Shown here piece after piece: positions 50,986-60,982 of a DNA stretch of 64,000 bases. The stretch comes from Candidatus Omnitrophota bacterium (lineage in GTDB: Bacteria; Omnitrophota; Gorgyraeia; Zapsychrales; Aceulaceae): contig JAQUUP010000003.1 in NCBI GenBank assembly GCA_028693815.1, positions 1,850 to 65,849 of the forward strand, in the 5' to 3' direction. Within the stretch, counting starts at the first letter, position 1; the number at the start of each line of letters is the position of its first letter. The notes below the pieces were generated by a model. The model was not told the DNA's origin and ran no database searches. It worked only from the letters and a program-made list of their open reading frames with translations. The position numbers and the translations under genes are program-made.

Positions 50986-51169
50986 AGCGAATATAATAAC
51001 TTAAACTTCTCGCCATGTATACTATATAAAAATTTCACCAAAATCAGGCTGGATTCTTATTTCTAAGATAAAATTGGAAAAAATCGTTTTTTATGTAGGA
51101 ACCACAACAGATAAGTGAAATTACGCCCGAAATCCAGATGCAACAGAAGTTAACGATAAAAATTTAAAA

Positions 51170-51202
51170 GGGCTAAATCATTTTTTTTCAATGATTTAGC
51201 CC
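51170..51202. terminator. Intrinsic terminator (13-bp stem)
   Basis: GGGCTAAATCATT-ttttttc-AATGATTTAGCCC. Confidence 0.65.
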
Positions 51203-51298
51203 ATACCCATTCAACAGAAAACTGGGGTCCCGCGCCAGTATGAAAACGAAAAATTTCTCGCTCACCACCCTAAGCTATGTTCAAAGATTATCAACGAA

Positions 51299-52060
51299 TC
51301 AAGCAATCTTAATCACAATAGCCTGACCAGTAAGATTATGAATGACAACCCTATCCTTTATATCAAGCTGCTCTTCGACATGCTTTCGGATCCCTTGAGT
51401 CGTATGAAAACCAAAATCATCATAAACCAACATCCCCCCTCGACATAATCGCGGCCAAACCCAATTCAATATATCTTTTGCAGAATCATAAGTATCGACA
51501 TCAACGTGGCAAAAACGGATCTGCTGCTCTTTAATCATAGAAGATGTTTCATCAGGAAAAATACCTTTAAGCACGGTTACATTCTCTACACCGAGAACTC
51601 TCAGCAACTCATTCACAGTTTCTAAAGACGTATCCGCGAATTCCCCTCCTTTATAATGCGGATCCTGATCGCCGGCTTTTACAACACCTGTGAAGGTATC
51701 GCATAAATAAACATTATCCGTAATTCCACACATAGTCGCTCGTTTCGCAATCAAGGCGCCGCTTCCCCCTCTCCAAGTTCCTATCTCAATTAACGCACCT
51801 TTCAATTTTGATGTTTGCTGAACCAACATCCAGAGAGAATACGACCGGTATCGCTCCACAGCTGTTACAGTCATAGCTTCTATCCTAGAAAACAGATCAA
51901 TAAAAGATTTATCCCCAATCCACGGAGAATATGAAGCTTGTGTCACATATCCTGAATAAAGAGGGTCACGCGTATAAACCCGGAAAACTGTCCGAACGAG
52001 CCTATCAAAACAGTCATATACTATTCGTTTAATTTTCATTCGTCGTGTCAGATACTTCAT
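51299..52060 (-). CDS. TylF/MycF-family SAM-dependent O-methyltransferase
   Basis: CDTFTGV..AGD and overall similarity to macrocin O-methyltransferase family proteins. Confidence 0.65.
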   Translation of the reverse strand: MKYLTRRMKIKRIVYDCFDRLVRTVFRVYTRDPLYSGYVTQASYSPWIGDKSFIDLFSRIEAMTVTAVERYRSYSLWMLVQQTSKLKGALIEIGTWRGGSGALIAKRATMCGITDNVYLCDTFTGVVKAGDQDPHYKGGEFADTSLETVNELLRVLGVENVTVLKGIFPDETSSMIKEQQIRFCHVDVDTYDSAKDILNWVWPRLCRGGMLVYDDFGFHTTQGIRKHVEEQLDIKDRVVIHNLTGQAIVIKIA

Positions 52061-52148
52061 AAATACCTTTCCATAATATATTTCTTCCTTTATTAATCAA
52101 TTCTAGCGACTAGGAAAACCGATGTCGCTGGGCAAAACAAATTAAAAC

Positions 52149-52547
52149 CTATTTACAGCAAACCTCCACCTGCCAATGACTGTTAACCCAAAGCCCAACA
52201 ATCTCAAATTCTGGCCAATGCACTTTCAAACGTGCAACAGCCTTGATTATGTGCTCGTGATGAGCTCCTTCGTCAACAGAGTTGCCCCGACAATCATGAT
52301 GGCCGACAAGAAAAATTCGGATAGATTTATTAATGTTAACGGAAATTTTAATGCTTCGAATAATTTCATCGATATTCTCCTGTGAGGCGATAACCCCATC
52401 CATGCCCGCCTCAGTAATAACATCCACAAAATCAATATTATATTTCTCTTGAATCCAATTTAAAACCGGTAATTGCACACGTCCATCCATGCAATTTAAA
52501 CATGTTGCCCGAACAGTCAAATCATCTTTTTTGTCAACTGGTGTCAT
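52149..52547 (-). CDS. Small beta-carbonic-anhydrase-like protein (Cys/Asp/Arg...His/Cys motifs)
   Basis: CMDGR ... GHHDCRG with about 62-aa spacing parallels beta-CA zinc ligands (CxDxR...HxxC). The 132-aa length is shorter than canonical beta-CAs. Confidence 0.35.
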   Translation of the reverse strand: MTPVDKKDDLTVRATCLNCMDGRVQLPVLNWIQEKYNIDFVDVITEAGMDGVIASQENIDEIIRSIKISVNINKSIRIFLVGHHDCRGNSVDEGAHHEHIIKAVARLKVHWPEFEIVGLWVNSHWQVEVCCK

Positions 52548-52690
52548 TATTCACTCCTCTCAAAAAAACTAAGGTTGGATGTTCGAACCAAACTAGAGCC
52601 TGCTTAACAACCATTTAATCGATTTTCTATACATATCCTTTTTATCATCACAACGACTTAATCCAATATCGGCTAAGATTCCTTTTGCCC

Positions 52691-54535
52691 TTAAGCTCTG
52701 AATCTTTTGCGTTCGCTCAACAAAAGAATATCTTTTAATTGATGTTCATCCTTGGAACCAAGCCATAATTTTTCGAATTTTTGATTATGTACAATTTGAG
52801 CTATAGCCGATAGCACTATCAAGTGAAAGGTCCGCTCATCCTTAGTCCCGAACAACACAAAAACCGCCTTGATGCTATCTCTCTCGCTAGTAAACTTAAT
52901 TCCTTCTGAACACCTAGCAACAACCAATTTGAACTTTTTTTGACCCGGAATTATTATATGAGGCATCGCAACAAATGGTGTGATGGCGGTTGACCCCTGC
53001 GACTCCCTTTGGTTAAAAAGTTCAACAACCTCTTCCCTCGACAACCCTATTTCACCAGAAACTCTCTGAGATATATCAGCAATGAAATCGTCAAGACTTG
53101 TCCCTTTTTTAATATCTAAAACAATCGAATCATCAACAAGCGCATGAAACCGGTCTATCGTTAGCTCGTCTCTATGAATAATTACTTGTTTTAATTCTTC
53201 TTCCAAAGCATTGGTTGTTAGGCTTTTATTAATCACTCTTTCTATCAAATGAAGCAAGGCATATTCAATTTTATGCCTTTTTCGTCCATATAATAAATAT
53301 ATCGTCATCGCCAGCACTGCCATTGAAACACTTATTTCCATAGCAACTAAACCCATATCGATTATAAGAAAAATAAAAAGAGTGATCCCTGCTATATGAA
53401 TCCACGGATAAAACGGAACCTTAAACGCCGGTCTATAGTTTTGAACCTTTCCCTCTCTGAGTATAATGACCGCTATATTGGTCAAAATATATAGCATTAA
53501 GATCACCACAGAACCCAGCTTTACAAGCGTTGTCAAATCCAACATTAAACATATAAAAATAAACAAACCAGTTAAAGAAATAGCGACTACTGGTGATTTT
53601 TTACGTTTTGTAAGTTTACCAATGAATCCAGGAAGAAGCTTGTCTTTACTTAAGGCTAGCGGATATCTTGATGCAGACATTATTCCAGCATTAGCCGTAG
53701 TGATAAATGCCAAAAGCGCCCCAACAGAAACTATAAAATATCCGATATCCCCGAACAAAATTCTTCCAACATCGGCGATCGGAGTAAGTGACCCCGAAAG
53801 CTTATCACCCGACAATATACCAACCGCTATTATTAATATAGCGGTATAAACAACAGTAACAGATAGAATCGATAACAGCATCCCTCTTGGAATATTTTTT
53901 GAAGGGTCTTTTACCTCACCTGAGATACTCGCAATATTCAAAAGCCCACCGAAAGAAATAAAAACAAACCCAGAGGTTACCAATACCTTATTAAAACCAT
54001 ATGGGAGCAAAGGTGTAAAGTGGCTGGCAGACAATCTCCCGGCCCCTCCAATAATAAGGAAAAACATTATGGCAAAAAGTCCCAGCACGAGCATCACCTC
54101 TAGCTTTGCCGCTTCTTTTGCTCCAAAAATATTAAGCCCGATAAAGAAACAACATATAAAAAAAGATGACACGATAACAGGAAATCCAAAAGTAAGATAT
54201 AAAATTTCTGCTATGCCGAATACTGCAAATGCGGATTTTAGGCAAAGTGCAGTCCAGCTAAGAAAAGCAGATACCGTTCCAATAAGTGGTCCAAGGCTTC
54301 TCGTAATAAAAAAGTAGTCTCCACCGGCTTTAGGCATGGCAGTCGCAAGTTCAATAACACTTAAAGTCCCTACAAGAGCCAGAATTCCAGCAAAGAAATA
54401 GGATGCGAACACTAGCGGACCTGATTGATTGTATGCTAAGCCCGGCAATATAAATATCCCGGAACTTATCATCACTCCAGATGCGAGACAAAATATATCT
54501 AAAAGTCCCAAATTCTTTTTTAGTTCACTTTTCAT
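52691..54535 (-). CDS. APC-family amino-acid permease fused to a C-terminal PTS EIIA type-2 regulatory domain
   Basis: A 12-TM APC core (about 430 aa) is followed by an EIIA-2-like domain (...FVAMPHIII...KAVFVLFGTKD). Confidence 0.7.
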   Translation of the reverse strand: MKSELKKNLGLLDIFCLASGVMISSGIFILPGLAYNQSGPLVFASYFFAGILALVGTLSVIELATAMPKAGGDYFFITRSLGPLIGTVSAFLSWTALCLKSAFAVFGIAEILYLTFGFPVIVSSFFICCFFIGLNIFGAKEAAKLEVMLVLGLFAIMFFLIIGGAGRLSASHFTPLLPYGFNKVLVTSGFVFISFGGLLNIASISGEVKDPSKNIPRGMLLSILSVTVVYTAILIIAVGILSGDKLSGSLTPIADVGRILFGDIGYFIVSVGALLAFITTANAGIMSASRYPLALSKDKLLPGFIGKLTKRKKSPVVAISLTGLFIFICLMLDLTTLVKLGSVVILMLYILTNIAVIILREGKVQNYRPAFKVPFYPWIHIAGITLFIFLIIDMGLVAMEISVSMAVLAMTIYLLYGRKRHKIEYALLHLIERVINKSLTTNALEEELKQVIIHRDELTIDRFHALVDDSIVLDIKKGTSLDDFIADISQRVSGEIGLSREEVVELFNQRESQGSTAITPFVAMPHIIIPGQKKFKLVVARCSEGIKFTSERDSIKAVFVLFGTKDERTFHLIVLSAIAQIVHNQKFEKLWLGSKDEHQLKDILLLSERKRFRA

Positions 54536-55109
54536 AATCTTCTGATTTTTTATGAGTAACGATAATAAATCTTATCATTTATCAAAACATATCACAATAA
54601 TTAACTATTATAAACTAAGAAAATCTAACCTCCAGTAAGAAGCAACAAAAAAACCATTGTAAATTATTGATTCAAAACAGTTTTAACACTCAGATAAACA
54701 AAAACAGAGTTGGAACCTTTTTAATTCTTAATTAAATATTGTATCCTCAGACCTTCCCCCTATTATTTTCGTTGCAACACCATCTTTCCTAAATATTTCT
54801 TTTCGCTTAATCCAGACAATAATGACCGCTAAAAAATAAAAAAAATGTGTCGCATAGTTGAACATCGGGGCAAATAGGATTAATAAGTTAAAAAAATGTG
54901 TCAATAACTAGAAATAAATACCAAACGATAGAACATCGCCAAATTAATACTCAATCGAAATAATGCCTTAATCCTTTAAATTCACTGCTGGACAACACAA
55001 TAATAAAAGCACAATTGCCCAAACATGCGCATCTAAGAAAAAGAAAAAAATAGCTAACACCTTCTGAACAGATATTTTCTTCTTTTGATTGTGCATTAAA
55101 TATACTATA

Positions 55110-55604
55110 TTATTTTTTTCTAATATTGCGGATATACTTCTGAAAGAATAAGGAATTTGGAATATTAATATAATTTTCTTCTTCATCTATAATTAAAGAA
55201 TAAAAAGTATTGATCGCGAGAACCTTTCCTTTTATCCCATCAGGCATTATTTCAATCGTATCATTTATTTTAAATGGAGTTGTAAAATAAATGATAACCC
55301 CTGCTAAAATATTACCAACAAGACTCCAAACAGCAAAAAAAGCCACTGCAACCATAGCTAAAATGCCTGCAATAGAAACCCATAAATCTTTAATATTTAT
55401 ACCCCAAATAAAAATTAAAATAATCAATAAAAAAATCAAACTGACAAAAAAAATCAATCTTTTAATAACAAAATACCTTGTTTTTTTAATATTCTTTTTT
55501 TGAGCAATCTCCCTTGCCTGCCTTTTCAAAAAATGAAAAATTAAAATAATCGATAAAATGGCTATAATGGAAAAAATTAGTTTTCTAAATATCAATAAAT
55601 CCAT
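55110..55604 (-). CDS. Small-conductance mechanosensitive channel (MscS) family protein, short form
   Basis: TM helices plus the LAGVIIYFTTPFKINDTIEI...G.V..I pore-lining/beta-domain signature. Confidence 0.55.
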   Translation of the reverse strand: MDLLIFRKLIFSIIAILSIILIFHFLKRQAREIAQKKNIKKTRYFVIKRLIFFVSLIFLLIILIFIWGINIKDLWVSIAGILAMVAVAFFAVWSLVGNILAGVIIYFTTPFKINDTIEIMPDGIKGKVLAINTFYSLIIDEEENYINIPNSLFFQKYIRNIRKK

Positions 55605-55996
55605 TTATCCTCCATAATTTTTATAAAATTAAATCAGTCGAAAGAAATCTTGATTTCCTTCCCTTAGCTGTTTATTCTAAATAATTTTGGTATAATTCTC
55701 CCCTATTTTTTAAGGAATTGGCAAATGTAGCAATTAGAGTAACTAGACCCACATTCCCTAAGACTATTAATACAGACGCAATCTGCCGTCTCTGTGGATT
55801 CCCTACAACTAGTTCTGCTTCACTTGTTGTGAATCCAGTACCTGTAAAACAAGGCTTGAAATTTTGCAAAAGACCATTCTAACCCTATTAATTCAAAAGC
55901 AATGGCACCAATTCTTACCACAATAAAAGAAATGACCAATATAAATACAAACAACAATAAATTTATATTTTCTCCTTTAATTCAATTTTATATTTT

Positions 55997-56194
55997 TTAT
56001 TGCCAATCCCGTGATTTTCTTCCAACAAAAAAACCAATAACAAAACCAAAAAACATAACAAGTGGTAAAAGGATGATCCTTGACATACTTATTTGCCAAA
56101 ACAAAAATCGCATAGAAACAACTTGGGTATTTTGCAATAAAACAACAAGTAAGATTATTCCAAAAATTAATAACAAAATATTTTTAAATTTCAC
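55997..56194 (-). CDS. DUF1049 (LapA-like) small membrane protein
   Basis: 65 aa with two TM segments and a basic C-terminus. Confidence 0.4.
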   Translation of the reverse strand: MKFKNILLLIFGIILLVVLLQNTQVVSMRFLFWQISMSRIILLPLVMFFGFVIGFFVGRKSRDWQ

Positions 56195-56227
56195 CAGCCC
56201 TCCCTAAGCAAAACTTCTCACTTTTCC

Positions 56228-57247
56228 CTAATTAGCGATTCGTTGAACAATGCCCCTCAAAAGCCTCCCTAAAATATCTGCTCCAGTAATAATCCGCTTC
56301 TCATTATTCCAATACAAAACAATGTCGTTATCCACAACATCATCATCTTTATGTTTCGAAGATACCTTAAATTTAAGAATAACTTCCTCTAATTTTGTCC
56401 CCGATTCGGTAACCACAATAGGCCTGTGGCAATAAGTATAAATGCTTCTAACTTGTTTGGAATATATCGCATCACGCAAGAATTGGTCTGCGTTGAGAAC
56501 AAAAACCGGATCATTCTCTTCGTTCGTTATGATAACCCATTTTTCCCTCGAAGCATTAATCTTTTTCAAGAAAGGATCATCAAAACTCTGCTCGTAAGGA
56601 GGAAAGCGTGGCAACCCCTTTGGGGAAAGAGGCAATTGCAAAATACTATTCGAATTAATAATTTCTCCCTCTTTTTCAACATCAATATCATCAAGAGATA
56701 AAAAATTAGAGGCTCCTAAACTTTCCAAAAATCCAACATCCGTGCTTCCCGATTGAGCATGCCGATGAAGAAAAACCTTAACTTCATCTTCTTTAAAGAA
56801 AATCGTTTCTTCTTTTCCTAATAAAACATCCATAAATAGACCCGATGGTTTAGCAATAGGAAACAAAAGAAACTGATAAAATCTAATAATCGGAACAAGG
56901 AACCTGCTTGATTTCAATGCGTGACGAGCAAAATATGCCTGAGGAATAATTTCGCCAAAGAAAGTAATCCAAAAAGTCGAAAAAATAAATGCATAAAAAA
57001 CAGGAAAGAAAGAATCTATCAAAAGTGTTAACAAAACATTCACTCCGACATTTCCCCATAATATCGTGGCTAATAACCAATGAGCATCTTTTCTTAAATT
57101 CAGGATTCTTGCCGCATCAACATTGTTTGTCTTAGCCTGCACCTCAAGCCTTAGTCGACTTAGACCAAATAATCCTAGATTAAGGCCAGAAAACATCGCC
57201 GAATGCAAAATACAAATCAAAATTCCAATTGATTTAAATATGATCAT
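56228..57247 (-). CDS. DUF21 (CNNM) transmembrane + CBS-pair protein, paralog 1
   Basis: FSGLNLGLFGLSRLRLEV DUF21 signature. It is about 45% identical to the adjacent paralog. The preferred start is the Met at 57247. Confidence 0.7.
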   Translation of the reverse strand: MIIFKSIGILICILHSAMFSGLNLGLFGLSRLRLEVQAKTNNVDAARILNLRKDAHWLLATILWGNVGVNVLLTLLIDSFFPVFYAFIFSTFWITFFGEIIPQAYFARHALKSSRFLVPIIRFYQFLLFPIAKPSGLFMDVLLGKEETIFFKEDEVKVFLHRHAQSGSTDVGFLESLGASNFLSLDDIDVEKEGEIINSNSILQLPLSPKGLPRFPPYEQSFDDPFLKKINASREKWVIITNEENDPVFVLNADQFLRDAIYSKQVRSIYTYCHRPIVVTESGTKLEEVILKFKVSSKHKDDDVVDNDIVLYWNNEKRIITGADILGRLLRGIVQRIAN

Positions 57248-57261
57248 AAATTCGAAAATTA

Positions 57262-58284
57262 TTACTTCCGAGGAACTATCCCTCTCAAAAGCCTCCCCAA
57301 AAAATCCGCCCCTGTTATAATTCTTTTTTCTTCCTGACGCCAATAAAGAATAATATCATTATCAATAACATCATCTTCAGGGCTTTTTGCTCTAACTTTA
57401 AGTCTCAATAAAACTTCACCCAATTTCATCTTGCTTTCTTTAATAACAATCGGTCGATGACAATATGTATATATGCTTTTGGCACATTCTTGATCCAGCG
57501 CATCCCTTAAAAATTGATCCGCATTCAGAACATACAAAGGGTCTCCATTTTTATTCGTAAAAACTATCCACTTTTCTCCTGAAGCATGAACTTTTTGAAG
57601 AAATTTATCATTAGCATTTCTTTTATATTTTGGAAAAATTGGAACTCCCTCTATGTTCAAAGATAAAGCAATAATGCTTTTCGGATCTAAGATTTCTCCT
57701 TCATCTTTGGCGAGAATGTCATCAAGAGCTAGAAAATTGGAAGCCCCCATCCCCTCGAAATGACTAACATCTGTATTGCCCGACTGAACATGATGACGCA
57801 ATAAAACAGATATTTCATTCTCATCAAAATAGCTTGTTTCTTCTTTGCCAAGCCATTTATCCAAAAAAAGAGCCGTTGGCTTAGCAAAAGGATACAAAAG
57901 AGTTTGATAAAAATGAATAATGGGAACAAGAATACCGCTTGCCTTCAACGCATGCTTAGCCAAATATGCTTGTGGAATAATCTCCCCGAAAAACGTAACA
58001 GCAATTGTTGCAAAGAAAAACGCCCCTATTCCGTTCATGACTGAATCAGTAAATAACGTCAAAAGAACAACGCTGCCCACATTTCCCCACAGCAAAGTTG
58101 CCAACAGAAAATGTAGATCTTTCCTTAACGAAAGAACCCTCTTCGCATCAGGATCATTCATCTCTGCCAACACTTCCAGCCGTAAACGGCTAGACCCAAA
58201 AAAACCCAAGTTTAATCCAGAAAACAAACCACAGTGAATTAAACTAATAACAACGCCTATCCAGGTAAATACTTTCATTAGCAT
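57262..58284 (-). CDS. DUF21 (CNNM) transmembrane + CBS-pair protein, paralog 2
   Basis: FSGLNLGFFGSSRLRLEV, lying in tandem with paralog 1. Confidence 0.7.
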   Translation of the reverse strand: MLMKVFTWIGVVISLIHCGLFSGLNLGFFGSSRLRLEVLAEMNDPDAKRVLSLRKDLHFLLATLLWGNVGSVVLLTLFTDSVMNGIGAFFFATIAVTFFGEIIPQAYLAKHALKASGILVPIIHFYQTLLYPFAKPTALFLDKWLGKEETSYFDENEISVLLRHHVQSGNTDVSHFEGMGASNFLALDDILAKDEGEILDPKSIIALSLNIEGVPIFPKYKRNANDKFLQKVHASGEKWIVFTNKNGDPLYVLNADQFLRDALDQECAKSIYTYCHRPIVIKESKMKLGEVLLRLKVRAKSPEDDVIDNDIILYWRQEEKRIITGADFLGRLLRGIVPRK

Positions 58285-58396
58285 TTTTCTTTAAATTAAA
58301 TATTTCTTAAATATAAAAATAATCCAAAACAAAAAAAGTCACTTATTAACATAATCTCTATTTTTTCCTTCTTTTTTACAAAAATGTGAAGCCGAA

Positions 58397-58753
58397 TCAA
58401 CTTTTTAAATCGATAGAGATATCCTGCTGAGCGTCAATTCTTTTCTGAAGACTCTTACGCCATGTATCAAACTCATCAATAAAGCCGCGAATACTATAAA
58501 AATAATCTTCTTGTTTTTTTATAGAAAAAGACCCAATCCACCGGTCATTGGCTAAAGATTTCATAGGAATTTCGTTCCACTTGTCTTCTTTCGCTGTCCG
58601 ATAAAGGAGCACAGCAGCAATCTCATCATAACCCTTAACAAAAATATTGGCCTCCGCAACAACATTTTCTCCAATAACCCTTTTAACAGGAAAAGCTCCT
58701 GCATCGATCTCAGGAAAAACTTTTTCAATCATAATACGCGAAGCATGATTCAT
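58397..58753 (-). pseudogene. Stand-alone fragment resembling the N-terminal DUF3416 domain of alpha-1,4-glucan:maltose-1-phosphate maltosyltransferase GlgE
   Basis: IDAGAFPVKRVIGENVVAEANIFVKGYDEIAAVLLYR...WNEIPMKSLANDRWIGSF matches the GlgE N-domain pattern. A stop follows after 118 aa and no catalytic domain is present. Confidence 0.5.
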
Positions 58754-58837
58754 TTTTTCTTAACTGGAAGGAGCGTTGCTTTTCTCGAACATCCTAATCC
58801 TTCTTATTCTTTAATAAACAAATACAATTGTTTAATA

Positions 58838-59458
58838 TTATTTATTAAAACTTTTTGTTTTTTCAATACCGTGGAAATAAATATTCCATAATGTATAAAA
58901 CTTACTAATTGGTGGATTCTTATAATTGGTTAAAGCAAAATGTGCACTAGCTGATCGAATAAGCCCAAAAAAAGCAAAACTAGCCGTATCAATATCAATA
59001 TCATCACGTAAAAAATCTTCTTCTTTTGCTTTTATAAGTATCTTTTTTATTCGTAATCGATACTTATCCGTTATGCCTAATATTTTCTTTCTTAAAAAAT
59101 CATCCTTAAGATGAATCGCAGTTGAAGTAACGGCAAACAGCAAACTTTTCTTTTTTTGCGCGAACACAATATGCGCTCTCATAATTTCTTTTAATTGCTC
59201 AATAGGATTTTGGTGATTCTTTATAGGTTGATCGATAACAAAAAGAAGGTCATTCTCAAACTGGTCAATCAACCCAATAAGAATCGACTGCTTGTCTTTA
59301 AAATGACGATAAATAGCGCTTTCCGAAATCTTGTTTCGTTGTGCTAAATTTTTTATGGTTAAATCTTGTAAGCCTTTTAAAATAAGTATTTCGGCAGCTG
59401 AGCTAATAATCTCGATTTTCCTTTGCGACGACGCTTTTCTTTTCATTACAATTTCCAT
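58838..59458 (-). CDS. TetR/AcrR family transcriptional regulator
   Basis: An N-terminal HTH (LTIKNLAQRNKISESAIYRHF) is followed by a helical ligand-binding domain. Confidence 0.8.
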   Translation of the reverse strand: MEIVMKRKASSQRKIEIISSAAEILILKGLQDLTIKNLAQRNKISESAIYRHFKDKQSILIGLIDQFENDLLFVIDQPIKNHQNPIEQLKEIMRAHIVFAQKKKSLLFAVTSTAIHLKDDFLRKKILGITDKYRLRIKKILIKAKEEDFLRDDIDIDTASFAFFGLIRSASAHFALTNYKNPPISKFYTLWNIYFHGIEKTKSFNK

Positions 59459-59994
59459 TCTAGCATAATAAAAATAGTCAAATATACTTTAACACTCATA
59501 TGTTAATGAATAATCACTAACATAATATCACTACGAATTATTTTAGTCAAGATAAATACTCACTTAACTCCTCAGTTTTCCCCATGATCGGTTTCCCCTC
59601 GTTTATGTGCCACACTACGAAAGAGCTCAAAAATATCTTCTAAAACTTATGTTCCAGTAAAAATAAAAAAACGCAAAATAAATTAACTCAAAATTATTTT
59701 ATCTTGCATTAAAAATAACTTTTATAACCAATAAAGATTTTAATAGAATAAAAAACTTTAATTTCTGCTATTCAAAACATATAAAACATCCTCAACGCAA
59801 TTACTTTTTAAAATGCCATCATTGATCAACCAGTGCCCTCTCGCTAATAAAGATAAGATCGATAACTCACGCAAATTAGAATCTGTCTTATGAAAAACCT
59901 TAATTAAAATACAATAAATACACAATAAATTAAAATTTTAAAAATTTAAAATGCTATACCTTAAAACAACATAAAAAATACTAAAAACAAAAAA

Positions 59995-60028
59995 CCCTTA
60001 AAGGCACTGCCTCTAAGGGTTTTAAAAA
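59995..60028. terminator. Intrinsic terminator downstream of the SPOR gene (functional on the minus strand)
   Basis: CCCTTAAAGGCA-c-TGCCTCTAAGGG, flanked by A5 and T4. Confidence 0.6.
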
Positions 60029-60047
60029 GAACGTTAAGCTTGCAAGG

Positions 60048-60515
60048 CTACATCTTCCGAATGAAAGACCCTGGATAATCTTTTTTAACCATATCCAAAA
60101 AGCTCTGGGCTTGGTCTTTGGTTTCAAATCCATCAGCATAAACGCGATACCAAATCCCTTTTTCGTTTAAATCTTTTGTCTCAACAAAAGGCGCATAACC
60201 TTTCTTTTTTAACTCTTCAATAGCTGTATCAGATCTTTTTTTATCCTGAAATGACGCAACCTGAACAAGAAATTTCTTTTCTATCAAAGGTTGCAAAAAA
60301 ACTTCATCCTCTTGCTGCACCTCAACGATTTTTTGATCTATCTCCTCGGGAAAAAAATCTTCTTGTTCGCTGATCTCCTCAGGAACCGAAGGCTCCTCTG
60401 GCTTCCATGATTCAAGCAATTGGGCTACAAAAAAGATTAAAATCATAAAAAGAACAACAAACCCAATATTGGTCCATGAAAAAATTTTTTTTAAAAGACT
60501 TTCTTTATATTCCAT
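60048..60515 (-). CDS. SPOR-domain membrane protein
   Basis: N-terminal TM, an acidic linker and a C-terminal SPOR fold (FLVQVASFQDKK...YRVYADGF). Confidence 0.7.
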   Translation of the reverse strand: MEYKESLLKKIFSWTNIGFVVLFMILIFFVAQLLESWKPEEPSVPEEISEQEDFFPEEIDQKIVEVQQEDEVFLQPLIEKKFLVQVASFQDKKRSDTAIEELKKKGYAPFVETKDLNEKGIWYRVYADGFETKDQAQSFLDMVKKDYPGSFIRKM

Positions 60516-60570
60516 TTCTTCTCCTATTGTTTAGCTAGCTTTAACCGCTAGAATATCTGAGGGTCCCAAA

Positions 60571-60585
60571 CTTGACGCCAGGCGA
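60571..60585. repeat. Left arm of a 15/16-bp inverted repeat (CTTGACGCCAGGCGA)
   Basis: Its reverse complement recurs at 61825-61840. The pair brackets about 1.27 kb that contains a methyltransferase gene. Confidence 0.5.
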
Positions 60586-60982
60586 GTTTCAGAATCCCAA
60601 TCAATTCAGGTGCTTGTGAAATTTCATAAAAGCTTGAAAGTCGCAAATCAGTAAAAATTGAACGATCCATTGCCAAAAGAACGCAAACCCGACCCTCAAT
60701 TAATATCATTCAACAAACATTATATGTCAAAGCCTACCTGAAAATCAACCCTAACGAATACGCTATCGTAACCGCTGAAAAGCTGGGGATCCACCGAAAA
60801 CATATACCGAAGCTCATAACCATCCCTGAAAACCTCCCGGCTGAATTTCAACAAAAAAACTACACAACTGCCAAGAAAACCGAATCCACCGCATCTTCAG
60901 CCTCAACAAACTTCACTCCATCGCACAACTAAACTCAAAAGAACAAATGGTCAAACGGCTCAATTCTCTTATTCCTGAATAA

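Noticed and set aside
54968-55186. ORF 54968..55186 overlapping the 3' end of the MscS-like gene
   Set aside because: The translation does not resemble an MscS C-terminal domain and the region is AT-rich and low-complexity. It is probably spurious rather than a frameshifted continuation.
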